A DNA stretch of 64,000 bases from assembly GCA_973851085.1 (NCBI GenBank), contig OZ316776.1, positions 2,914,001-2,978,000 on the forward strand, read 5' to 3'. Positions 51,220-61,506 of this stretch are shown here, piece by piece. This DNA is from Ptychomitrium polyphyllum. Its lineage: Eukaryota. Below the pieces are notes generated by a model. That model was not told where the DNA came from. It was given only the letters and a program-made list of their open reading frames with translations, and ran no database searches. Numbering within the stretch: the first letter of the stretch is position 1; each line of letters begins with the position of its first letter. The translations under genes were made by a program, and so were the position numbers.

Positions 51220-52959
51220 ATGACAGGTGAAGTGAATCACGGGAGTCACAAACATTGGCATCAGAGAAGCAGGTCCAGTATAGGAGATTTCACACCCACG
51301 GCCCCCTCGGAGGTTGAGCTGAAAGACGTATTGTACAAAACGCTGTCTACGAAAGGCAAGGCGTCCGGTAAAGATCACGGCCGCAGCTGGTTTAAGAGCA
51401 AGAAGGCGCAGCCCAAAGAATCTGACCTCAGCGAGCATCCCAAGACGACTGACCGGGAGGAGGAGGAGAAGCCACCAACCTTTATGCAGCGCGTGGTGCA
51501 GGGCTTATACCGAGACGACGACAGAGGGCCATCGCCCAAGATCCTCGTTACTTCCCACTCAGCAGCACGGGAGGCGATCAAGGAGTTCTCTAAGGACTTC
51601 CTAGCGCAATTGAAGGGCAACCTAGATGGATGTGTGGCTCAAATGCGAAAGCATTTGGGCTTGGCGACAGATGCCTCTGAAACTGACTTGAAGTTCTTGG
51701 TGCAGGCGTACGTTTCTTATCACTTCTTCGCCGACTTCGAAAATGCATCGTTTGGGATTGGCAATCCCGGCGAGAAGCCTTGGGAGGTGCAGCAACACAT
51801 GCTGAGTTGCTTTGAGCAATTCCAGAAGTTTAAAACGAAAACGAAAACCGTGTCGAAGCTATTGGAAAACGAGTTGAATGATACTTTTCTGTCGCGGTTT
51901 TGTATGAACAAGTTTAGAACGCTCATTCCGTTGGATGATGGAGGTTCTTTCTTCGGAGCAGAGTCTCAGCACCATGTCGATTTAGAAAGGGGACTTCACC
52001 CTCAGACGCCATTTTACAAGAGTTTTCTTGGAGCGGCAGTGTCCATATGGCTGCTCCAGCGGTTGACTTTTTCGTTTGAGCAGAAGATTGTCACGATCTA
52101 CCCCACCAGAGGAGATGCGTTTCAGAGGCGGTTCATGGTACCTGTAGTGCCAGGTATTGGTGACACTGAGGACGAAGAGGGTGACGACGACCTGGAGATT
52201 GTGTTCACTGTGTTTCCTGGATTCCGAGTGAGCGAGAGCATTGTGGAGAGCCTGGTCTACATTGTAGAAAAGCCGAAATCAGAGGACCCTACTTTGTGCA
52301 GCGTCGAAAGTGGAGCTGCTGCGGTAGGCCAAAGCGCAAGTAAGGGGTTGGAGGACCCTGCTTCTCCTTGTGTCGATAATGGAGCTGCTGAGGGTGGCCA
52401 AAGCGCAAGGAAGGAAGGTCGTTTTCACAAATTATATTCTCTTCCAGCCTCAATATCTGGCAAGTTTTCTGAAAGCTCGGCAATTAAGGGGCCTCAGAAA
52501 CCTTCATCCCCAAAGGGTACTCCGCACACCAGAGACGGGGAAAATGGGAGTTTCTTTCATAAAATTATCAAGAAGATTACCCGCCAAAAGGCGTTTGCCA
52601 AAGACAAAGCTGACGACAATTCTTCAGTTACAGAATCAACAGCCGCACTCTCAACTCTGGAAGGGGTACCACCGGCACTGCCATCTTCTTTGGAGGCACC
52701 TCCATCTTTGGAGACACGATCTTTGGAGGTGCCATCGACCGATGCTAAACAAGGCACTCCTGTGGTAAACTCCTCAGTGCCAGGTAAAAGCTCTCCACTC
52801 CAACCGCTAAATCTGGAGGTGGTCACTTCTTCCTTTGAACATGCTGCGTCAAATCTCGCTCCAGGTGTAGACGACGAACGGCTCTCCGTACTACGTGCGG
52901 AAAAATCATTACTGTTGCAATCACCTTTGAGATCACCGCGGCTGAGTTCTGTAGACTAG
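51220..52959 (+). CDS. GIL1/IRKI-family protein with long disordered C-terminal tail
   Basis: KFLVQAYVS..FF.DFEN..F; FC..KF..LI; G.HP.TPFY.SFL.AA.SIWLL..L.FSF; RG..F...FM..V; FTVFPGFRV...IV...VY, the conserved C-terminal region of GIL1/IRK-interacting proteins. Confidence 0.8.
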   Translation: MTGEVNHGSHKHWHQRSRSSIGDFTPTAPSEVELKDVLYKTLSTKGKASGKDHGRSWFKSKKAQPKESDLSEHPKTTDREEEEKPPTFMQRVVQGLYRDDDRGPSPKILVTSHSAAREAIKEFSKDFLAQLKGNLDGCVAQMRKHLGLATDASETDLKFLVQAYVSYHFFADFENASFGIGNPGEKPWEVQQHMLSCFEQFQKFKTKTKTVSKLLENELNDTFLSRFCMNKFRTLIPLDDGGSFFGAESQHHVDLERGLHPQTPFYKSFLGAAVSIWLLQRLTFSFEQKIVTIYPTRGDAFQRRFMVPVVPGIGDTEDEEGDDDLEIVFTVFPGFRVSESIVESLVYIVEKPKSEDPTLCSVESGAAAVGQSASKGLEDPASPCVDNGAAEGGQSARKEGRFHKLYSLPASISGKFSESSAIKGPQKPSSPKGTPHTRDGENGSFFHKIIKKITRQKAFAKDKADDNSSVTESTAALSTLEGVPPALPSSLEAPPSLETRSLEVPSTDAKQGTPVVNSSVPGKSSPLQPLNLEVVTSSFEHAASNLAPGVDDERLSVLRAEKSLLLQSPLRSPRLSSVD

Positions 52960-53430
52960 ACTAGACTAAATAAGTGTACACTGGCTCTAATTTGTTTAGG
53001 AGCCTTTTCTTCGTCTGTACTTTTGTAACGTGCCTGCTTTTTGATAATTGGATAAGACTGGAATTTCATGAGCACCATTATTATCAGAAAAGATGGGCTC
53101 TTATAAATTGAGGTATTCGTGCTTGAACAATCTAAGATCATCTCTCTATATGAGTATCCAGTTTCTCTTTGTAAACATGTACAACCTTCGGAAATTAATA
53201 TATTCTGTGCCCTGCCTCAGCGCAACAGTCGTGCACGCCCTTCAAGCAACATTCCCAAATAAGCACTGTATATGATCTAGTAATTATACCTAGAAATTAC
53301 GATCTCTAAGTGTAAGTTCACTTCAAAACATGACAGGCTTTTTACACTAAGCAGCTGGCATGCTAATTCATTCCGTTTCTGAATCATCATGCTACATACT
53401 CAAAGATTACAAAAAAAATACACGGAATGA

Positions 53431-56116
53431 CTACCGACGGGTCCTCAACCTTGAAAACCTAGAAGGGTCGAACGGCTTCAAACTGCACGTTTTAGCAACT
53501 CCGTTGACAATAAGCTCAGCTAGAGCAGCCCCAGTGGCTGGCGCATTGAGTATACCCCAACAGCTATGCCCAGTAGCCACATACGCACCTTCTAAGTTGG
53601 GTAGTTTGCCAATCACAGGCACGTTGTCTTCGGAACAAGGCAAGAAACAGGCCTGTGCAACAGAGAGCTTGGCATCCGCCAAATGACTGGACACTGTAGA
53701 TGCTACTCTTTGCAGCATCGCTATTGACTCACCTCTAGGAACAATTTGCCGTGGATCTTCAGGCACCTCCACTTCCTCCGACATTCCACATACGTAAACT
53801 TCTCCTGTGCCACGTGGATAGATCTCAGGGTCCATTGATTTACCCTCCCTGGTCTTGTACCTGAATGTCAACACAACCCGAAGTGCACAACTTAAGTTTC
53901 AGTGTCAACTTAAATAATATTTCCTCTCGTTAATCAGGGGATTCAGTAACTCAGAGATGTATTGGTGTTGTGAATTACTTGAGAAACAGGGTGTCTGCTG
54001 TGATGGCATCAACATCTTTCGGCAGAAGCACGATACTATGAGCTTTCAATCCACTGATGGTGGTGAGAGAAGAGATGAGTGGATTGCGGCTTGACCATGG
54101 CCCCATCGCCAAGACAACGGCATCTCCAGTGACGAGCTTTCCGTCAACTACCACTCCCGTCGCTTTCTTGCCGTCCACTTTCACCTCTTGTACTGCACCT
54201 ACCAACAAAGAAGCCCCGTACTTCTTCTGTGCTTCCGAGAATATTGCCCTAGTGAAAAGTTGAGGGTGAACCTGGGCGTTTGTTGATGGAGTGCCAACAG
54301 CAGACGGAGTACCTGCAAGAAAAAAAGGAACCAAAATGCTTGGGAGTTGATCAACTTCGAAATATCTCACATTGCACATGCTTGAGCTTGCTAATACGAG
54401 CTTACAGCTCACACGAAACTGTCTTGTTAAGCGAGAAGGAAGTCAAGTGGGAATCCCTGTTGTAAAACCCTACGTTACTAAAGTATATTAAAATTTAAAA
54501 TGCGAAAAGAACGGCTCATGAAGTTAATAGTTCATCTAAACTCAGATTTACGGGAAGCACGACGTCCCGATTCTCTCACCTCGCTGAAGTCACAGCCATT
54601 GCATTGTTAACATTCAGATTTGAATGGCTCATGAGGCACATTTGTCATTATATGTTCACAGACCAGCGAAGGACAGGTCAGCCCTTCTAAGGTGCCAGGA
54701 TCATATCATTGCCTATGTATTACTAGGAGATCCAAGTAGTGCTATAAACCGTTTTACAACAAGTTCGCCAAACTGTATGGTTCTTATGCGCATTTCCATG
54801 TTCGAAAGTAGCTGACATTCAGAATTAAAAACAGTACGATAGAAGGAAAAAAACGTGCAATACAAACCTTTAATGGATCCATCAATCCACGCAGGAGTGC
54901 CAGGCTCCGGAACACGTTCTGATGAATGCTGTGGGCTTCGTGGCTCCTCAACGCTTACACTAAGAGAACCAACCCGCCTGTAACCATATTCCTTGCCATC
55001 CAGCTCCTCGGCTAACTGTTCATGTAAAGCAAAACTTGCACGTGCAAGACCCTGAATTGCGCTTCCATCACACCAATCCAAAGCCAGAAACCCGCCGGCT
55101 TTTCCCGAGGCTGCACAGGCAATTTCTGTTTTCTCCACCACGGTCACCTTCACCCCTAGCTTTCCCAGATAGTACGCTGTGCAGCATCCAATCACACCAC
55201 CTCCAACAACTATAACATGTTGCTGGTCCTTCCCATACCCAGAGACAGAAGATCCCGTGGCTTGAGGAATAAAGGTTTCCGAAGCGTCTGAAGCCGACAT
55301 TGAAGCCTAAAATGCAATGCAATGCTTTGAGCAAATATAACAAAACAACAGCATAGTACGAATCTTTTGAGCTTCCTAACTATTTCCGATTAACCAAGCG
55401 AATTGCACCAAGCTTGATTGAAACAGTTCTCGCACTAAGCCTCTACTTCTCAGCTGTAATTCAATTGGCCTCGATCGAAAACTCCTCTTAAAAAGTTCAC
55501 GCGCAATATTAGATTAAATCCGAACCAATACGTACTCGCAAATTCCAATTCAGACAAAATAGCGCGACTAATTATCCTCCTTCGGGCACCAGAGGCGCAT
55601 AAACTCAAAACAATTTCATCCCATTCCACAACTCAGCGCCACCATCAATGAAATCAACAACCAATTCCGCAAAATAAAAACCCGTACACTCTCAACCGCA
55701 ACGCCTAATCACCAAAGCTCAACAGCAAGAACAGCGACAATGCAAATCGCAAGAAAGAAACAAACCTCCGTCCTGCCCCGAAAAAAGCCAACTGCTCCAC
55801 TCGTCAAGCTCGACTCGGCGGCAGCCCTTGCACAGCCAAACTCCGAGAAGAAACTACCAGCCCGGCAACTAACCCGAGGAAAGCTGTGTGAGAGAACCAA
55901 AACTCCCCTTCCACAGCTCCCTCCTAAAAAGCCTAGAGCTTCTAACGCACGGAAGCCACAGGACCTCCGACGAAGGCACCAGGCCTTGGAAGAGGCCAAT
56001 TCCGGCAGAGGAGAAAACGACGCGCGCGATGTGAAGCGACAGGGAGGGAGAGCAGGCGAGAGTGAGGAAAGACGAGAGGGGTGGTGCGGCAGAGAGGTGA
56101 GCATGGCCATCGCCAT
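53431..56116 (-). CDS. FAD-dependent oxidoreductase (DAO/glycine oxidase-like, TDA3-like); exons 56116-55766, 55306-54868, 54312-53979, 53860-53431
   Basis: VIVVGGGVIG Rossmann motif, ACAASGKAGGFLALDW, AQVHP..FT, VVLAMGPW, DPEIYPR, QACFLP, ATGHSCWGILNAPATG. Introns are GT-AG and in phase. Exon 1 looks like a transit peptide; ATG 55300 is an alternative start. Confidence 0.9.
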
Positions 56117-56545
56117 CGCTGCTGCTCTGGCTCTCCACAACGCTGCCAAGCTGCCACTCTCCGGCTCCAGCCCATGTGCGCGACCCGACTGTCGAAAACC
56201 GTCACTGCATGCAGAATTGGCCTGTATCTACCAGAATTTGACATTTGAATTTCAAATTTTAGCTTTATTTTTTTGTTAAATAAATAAAATTAAAATGGTG
56301 ACCAATACAACACAACATATGAGCTTCTAGAATCTAGAGAGAGAACGAAACGTGTCAGTTTTAGATCCCATGTCAGCTTTTGGGGTGTACATGTCTTGCT
56401 GGAATTCGGGATGCTGGGATCGCAGTAATCTATTGGGTTCTGTGTCCGACGTGGCTGACGATTCCACTAATGATTTCGATAACACAACATAAGTTTTTCG
56501 TCAGGTAAGCAAAACGAAGTGCCACATAAGCTCTCGTCTCTGAGT

Positions 56546-56617
56546 TATCAGAGCGAGGTTTCGATCCTCGGATCTGTGGGTTACGGGCCCACCACGCTTC
56601 CGCTGCGCCACTCTGAT
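56546..56617 (-). tRNA. tRNA gene with initiator-Met body but anticodon CGU
   Basis: Minus strand ATCAGAGTGGCGCAGCGGAAGCGTGGTGGGCC-CGT-AACCCACAGATCCGAGGATCGAAACCTCGCTCTGATA (72 nt). A1-U72, three G-C pairs in the anticodon stem, ATCGAAA T-loop, acceptor, anticodon and T stems fully paired. Confidence 0.9.
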
Positions 56618-57270
56618 AAACTGGACGGCATGTTCTGAGTTCTTATCGCATACAATTATAGTTCATATAGGAGTAAGTGAGAGGTTTGGAGTATTGAATA
56701 TACGAACCCCTATATGCAAACTTACTATAATTATGAGGAATTATTCGTTTTTCTTGGGAAAGAATGGATTCTTTTTCAATGCTCAGGGACCGAAACAAAT
56801 TGCCAACCAGCACTTCAATGCCTGCTGGTCACAACAAAAGCAACATCATACGACTCGGTCCTTCATCTATCCATGATGATAAGAAAGTGATGCTCAAGTT
56901 ACAACAAAATACCAATAAGCGGCGATCAGTTACTGCACGCTAATCACAATGTTGGGAGCACATGTAGAAATGCTTCAGTAGGACATACGAACATGTTTGT
57001 CCCATCTTTTGAAAATTTTAGTATAAATCAAACGGTGGTGTACTGCAACTTCCTTACACGAAGCAATAATATACTCAACCGAAACTAACCAGTTGCTAAA
57101 ATCACATATCTACAGCCTTCAACATTACAGTCTTAATGTCCTCCTCCCTATTACAACTTCACATTTTACATATATAGATACAGGTAAACAAATCAACCTA
57201 TTTACACCTGTGATGTGCGCACAGCAATTACATATCCAAACCCTCTATTTTCAGAGACTCCTTGATTTTC

Positions 57271-57513
57271 CTAGGCACTAAAACCTGTTGTTAAAGGCTT
57301 CCAAGTCGAAGATCCGAAGGCACTGATAGCACAGGCTTCAGCTGTCACGGTGCCCATTTTCGAAGGATCTACTCCAGCATTGCAAATGTTTGCGAAGGCA
57401 CGCATGTGCTTCATGCCGTACTGTGTCAACTCCCCACAGCTGGACTCAAATGCACGTACCTAGACACACAGAGAAGTGATCAGATTATTAACTATTAACC
57501 CTAACCAAGATTG

Positions 57514-57553
<40 letters not shown>

Positions 57554-60500
57554 CATACACAGATGAGATCATTAGCTATAGCTAAATTCCATCCAAAAGT
57601 GTGACTCTACTCACCATGCCCTTGAGGCAACTCCAGTCATCAACAAGAGGCAACCCACGAGGACGCACGGCTGCTAGCATAGTAGGGCCAGCATCCATTC
57701 CAAAGAGCATCTTTCCCACCAGCTCCACGCTCTTGTCGATATGCATCCGGTGGCTCACAGTCCTCATCAAATCCAATCCTGCTTCAGCCTTAGCCGTGGA
57801 ACCTTCTTTAGATTTGTGATACTGCAAAAGGACAAAAACGTGTCAATGATTAACACTTTTAAGAGCTAAAATCAGGTTGCTCACCTCAATATCCGAAGCA
57901 TCACAACCTCATTGTGCATTGTTCCCCATATTTTTGCGTCCCATGAAAATCTCTTTCATTATAATTCACTACTAAATAAAAAAGCCAGGAAACGATACCC
58001 TGTGCCAGAAGTGAACAAGGTCCGCATCACGCTGGTTGATGTGGCGCTCTTTCGGTTCTCCCAAACTGTTAGCAAAACTATCTCGAGGTACTATTGGTCC
58101 AGTCAGATTCTCGTTTGCAGGGTCAAAGCCCAGATACCAATCCAGTTCCTCGGTATTAATATTGAGATCACCAAACTCCATGACGTGTGACCCAGTTTTA
58201 TATGTGTTGTGATTTGAGGTCCTAGATTTAACCTGCACAAATCAGAGTCAATTAGCACTGCAAGTAAAATAATAATCAACATTAGGAACATAATAACCTA
58301 ATAAGACTACTACAAAAGTTGGGAAGCAATTTCTTTACGATCATCCTGCTTAGACTGGAAACTACATAAAGATGGAGAGTAAGGGAGAGAGAACTCACAA
58401 TCAGATACTGGTCACGCACGGTTTCTTTCTTCAGATTTTCAATCTCACTGCCACCAATAATTGACTTAGCGCTTTGAATAAAATAGCATATTTGAATATA
58501 AAGACTGAAAGATTATCCACAGCATAACAAGCAAAAACCTGCTTTGTTTATCTTGCATGTATTGTTTAGCTGTTGTCATAATGTAACAACAGTGGCTCAA
58601 CAATCAGGCGAGATATGAGGAACTTACGTATCCTCCATCCAGGCAACACTATAAAGATCACCAAGACAAGTGTCAAACTCCTCAGGTGGAGCTGGAAACA
58701 TGCCAGGACAATAAGTTCCCCAGCTGCTCTCCTCGGCATTCGCTGCAGTGGTGGCATAAATGTTCAACCCCTCTGGCAAAAGCCCCTCAAAGATACTTCC
58801 ACTTTCACAAGCTTCAATATAGACCACCTGCATCACAAGAAAGTTAGACCACGTTCCTAAATGATCAATGTGTTTAACAATCTGCAACAGAATCTCAAAC
58901 AAATAAATAAATAACTGGTCTCCTGCAAAAAGAAGGCATGAAAAAATCTCCAAAACCCACTGACGAGTGATCATAAATTTGATAACAAGAAAGAGGCTCC
59001 TACCATTTCTTTGTAGGTCTTGGCTTTATGCATTTTCTTGAAGGTTTTTATGAGGTCATCCGCATATAGATTTGGTGTTGTAGGCATACCTGTCACACAT
59101 CGATCAAAGCTTCATCAAGATCTGTCGATAAAGATTATTGCCACTATCTGATCTTTGGAAAGCTGAATAGAAATAAAGAAAATCGGAAATAAACCAGTCT
59201 GAAGCTAGATAGATAGACCCAAGGGACTCGGATGAGTTCAGTGAGTCCAGAAAACATTCCAGCAAGCAAAAGCAAAACAAGAAGCTCACCAAGAACACCG
59301 GGACCCCCATGATCACTGTAGTAAATAAAAATATGGTCATTTTGACCACTATTGACCACCTTTCCACTGCCCCCATTGAGAGCCATCTTATCTCCCAAAA
59401 GCACCGCAAGCAAATTGTTCACAGTAACATTCTTGCCAGTGTAGTCCTGAAATCAGAGTCAATCGCTTCCATGAGATCCACGCATTAAAAATTTAACAAT
59501 CCGTGAACTCCCGCCACTTCAGGACGATTAATTTAAACAGATAGACCAGCAAGCTAACCGGATCATCTGCAATCAAACCAATCAGATGGTTGAAAGGACA
59601 ACGGAAGAAAGAGATAGAAAACTGAAAATGGAAACATAGAATGAACAAAACCAACCTTAGGAACTCCATTGTAAACATCAGCACCGTCCGGATGGTTGAT
59701 GATGAAACCTTGTCTGGGATTGATGCGGTTTTGTGCAATGTCATCATACATAAACACAACAATATTTTCGTCTTTCATCCCTCCCTTCTTAAGCACTTGG
59801 TACGCATGACAGATATCAGCCTGCACATTAGTCAATAAAAACAACTTAGTATAACGATCTATAATAACCAGGGAACTGCCACAATTGGTTACAATCGTTC
59901 TAAACTTCAAGATCGTATTACCTGTATCGAGGATTAAAGCTTACATCTGGCGCAAATTCCTAAATTAGAAGAAAAATTAAAAAGGGAGAAAGATTAGCCT
60001 CTCATACCAACGTGCATACATAGGAATCTCGTCCTAGAGCTAAACCTAAACCACAAAATATGATGATTTCATGACAATGATGGGCTAACATTCGAAAGAT
60101 GTTCTCAGCAGCGAAAAAATGCACACGCATGAAGCCATTTAAGCATATGATACATAGTAAGTAAAAATTACAACATAAACCAGGTATATAGACTTCAGAG
60201 GAAACGCAACCAAGTAAAAAAACACCACATGGTGGCGATGCCATGAGGACTCTCCCTGGCATAGGACCCAAGCCGAGACAACTTACAGAGACATGAACCA
60301 AAATACTACAACGGAGAGAATCCACAAAACACCTACTAATACCCATTTCATCTGCAACAACAACAACGTAGGTAAGCGGGTGCTGGGCCCCAAGCCCAGC
60401 ACCCCCTCCTTCATAGGAGCACAGCAATCTGAAGGAAGGGCGGAGATGGCCACCCGTCACATCAATTGCAACTCCAGAGGTGAGGAATTTCTGGCTGCAT

Positions 60501-61084
60501 CTACAACCTAGTCGCGAGGGCCTCATGAAACATTTGCAAAAAAAGGGAAAAGTGTATTCAAAGCAATGAATAGCTCTTCGATACTTCAGCTTCTAACCAC
60601 ATTCAAGCCCGCTTGGCTTTAGGATTCTACCCTTTACAGTGGACTAGAATCTCCATTCGCACCCAAGGAAAAACTAAAAATCAAAAATAAAATCAGACGA
60701 TTACACCAGATCAAACAGAAGGCTTCCAGTGAAAACGACATTGCAGAATGAGAATCTCTTCAGCGGAACAATCCATCCCCACGATGACCCTCAGTAACAC
60801 ATACAAACTTATGATCGCATTAACCGTATAACATAATCAACCAAAAGAAAGAAAACAAAAAAAAAAAAAAACCCAACCTGATGGCGATAATTCCCATAAC
60901 CAGCTGACCCCGCAACAAGAACCGCCCACCGCTGCCCTTCCTGCGCCGGCTCGGACTCCCTCACCTCACCCTCCGTCGGCATCACAATCTTCCCATCCCA
61001 CAACCCCTCCCCTGCCACCGACCCAACTCCCGCGCATCCCACCAGCGCCAAGAAGAGCAAAACCTCCACCACCACCCTCCCCAT
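57271..61084 (-). CDS. VPE: Vacuolar processing enzyme / legumain (peptidase C13); exons 61084-60878, 59820-59656, 59446-59290, 59089-59004, 58827-58628, 58447-58399, 58232-57999, 57821-57615, 57459-57271
   Basis: Signal peptide; [24 protein letters not shown]; catalytic SDHGGPG and [46 protein letters not shown]; ends GFSA. Eight GT-AG introns in phase. Confidence 0.97.
57515..57560. repeat. (TA)n/(TACA)n microsatellite in the last VPE intron
   Basis: About 35 bp of TA followed by CATACATACAC. Confidence 0.9.
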
Positions 61085-61086
61085 CT

Positions 61087-61124
61087 AAACCCTAACCCCC
61101 TCTCCCACAACCACCAAACCCTAA
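61087..61124. promoter_or_regulatory. Two telo-box-like motifs (AAACCCTAA) in the VPE 5' UTR region
   Basis: AAACCCTAA at 61087-61095 and 61116-61124; function is inferred only. Confidence 0.4.
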
Positions 61125-61474
61125 AACTTCAGCAACCCACCTCAGCTCCCCAAACCCACCCCTCTCTCAATCCAAAACTCCACACCACCGTCTCGCAATC
61201 CGATCGCTGCACAAACCTCTCCCCTCACCACCACTACTAGCAACCTCCAGACCTCAGGAGCCGATTGCAAGTGATCGAAACAGGGATCGGAGCTTTGCAT
61301 AGCTGGGGGTAATGCGCAGCTGCTGCTGCCCTCAGTCCACCGCTGATCGATCACACCACATCACATCCCCCCACACCACATCCCACCACATCCCAACACA
61401 TCGAAACGGCCACCGGTCTGAGAGACGCTGCGATTGCAGTGTGGCATCAGCAATGGAGTTCAGCCATCGTGCTC

Positions 61475-61506
61475 GGCATTGGGATTGGCATTGGCATTGG
61501 CATTGC
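61475..61506. repeat. (GGCATT)n hexamer repeat upstream of VPE
   Basis: GGCATT GGGATT GGCATT GGCATT GGCATT. Confidence 0.8.

Noticed and set aside
55740..56279. 179-aa plus-strand ORF
   Set aside because: Antisense to exon 1 of the oxidoreductase in GC-rich sequence; no domain features.
60002..60526. 174-aa ORF in VPE intron 1
   Set aside because: No motifs, and VPE splices in frame without it.
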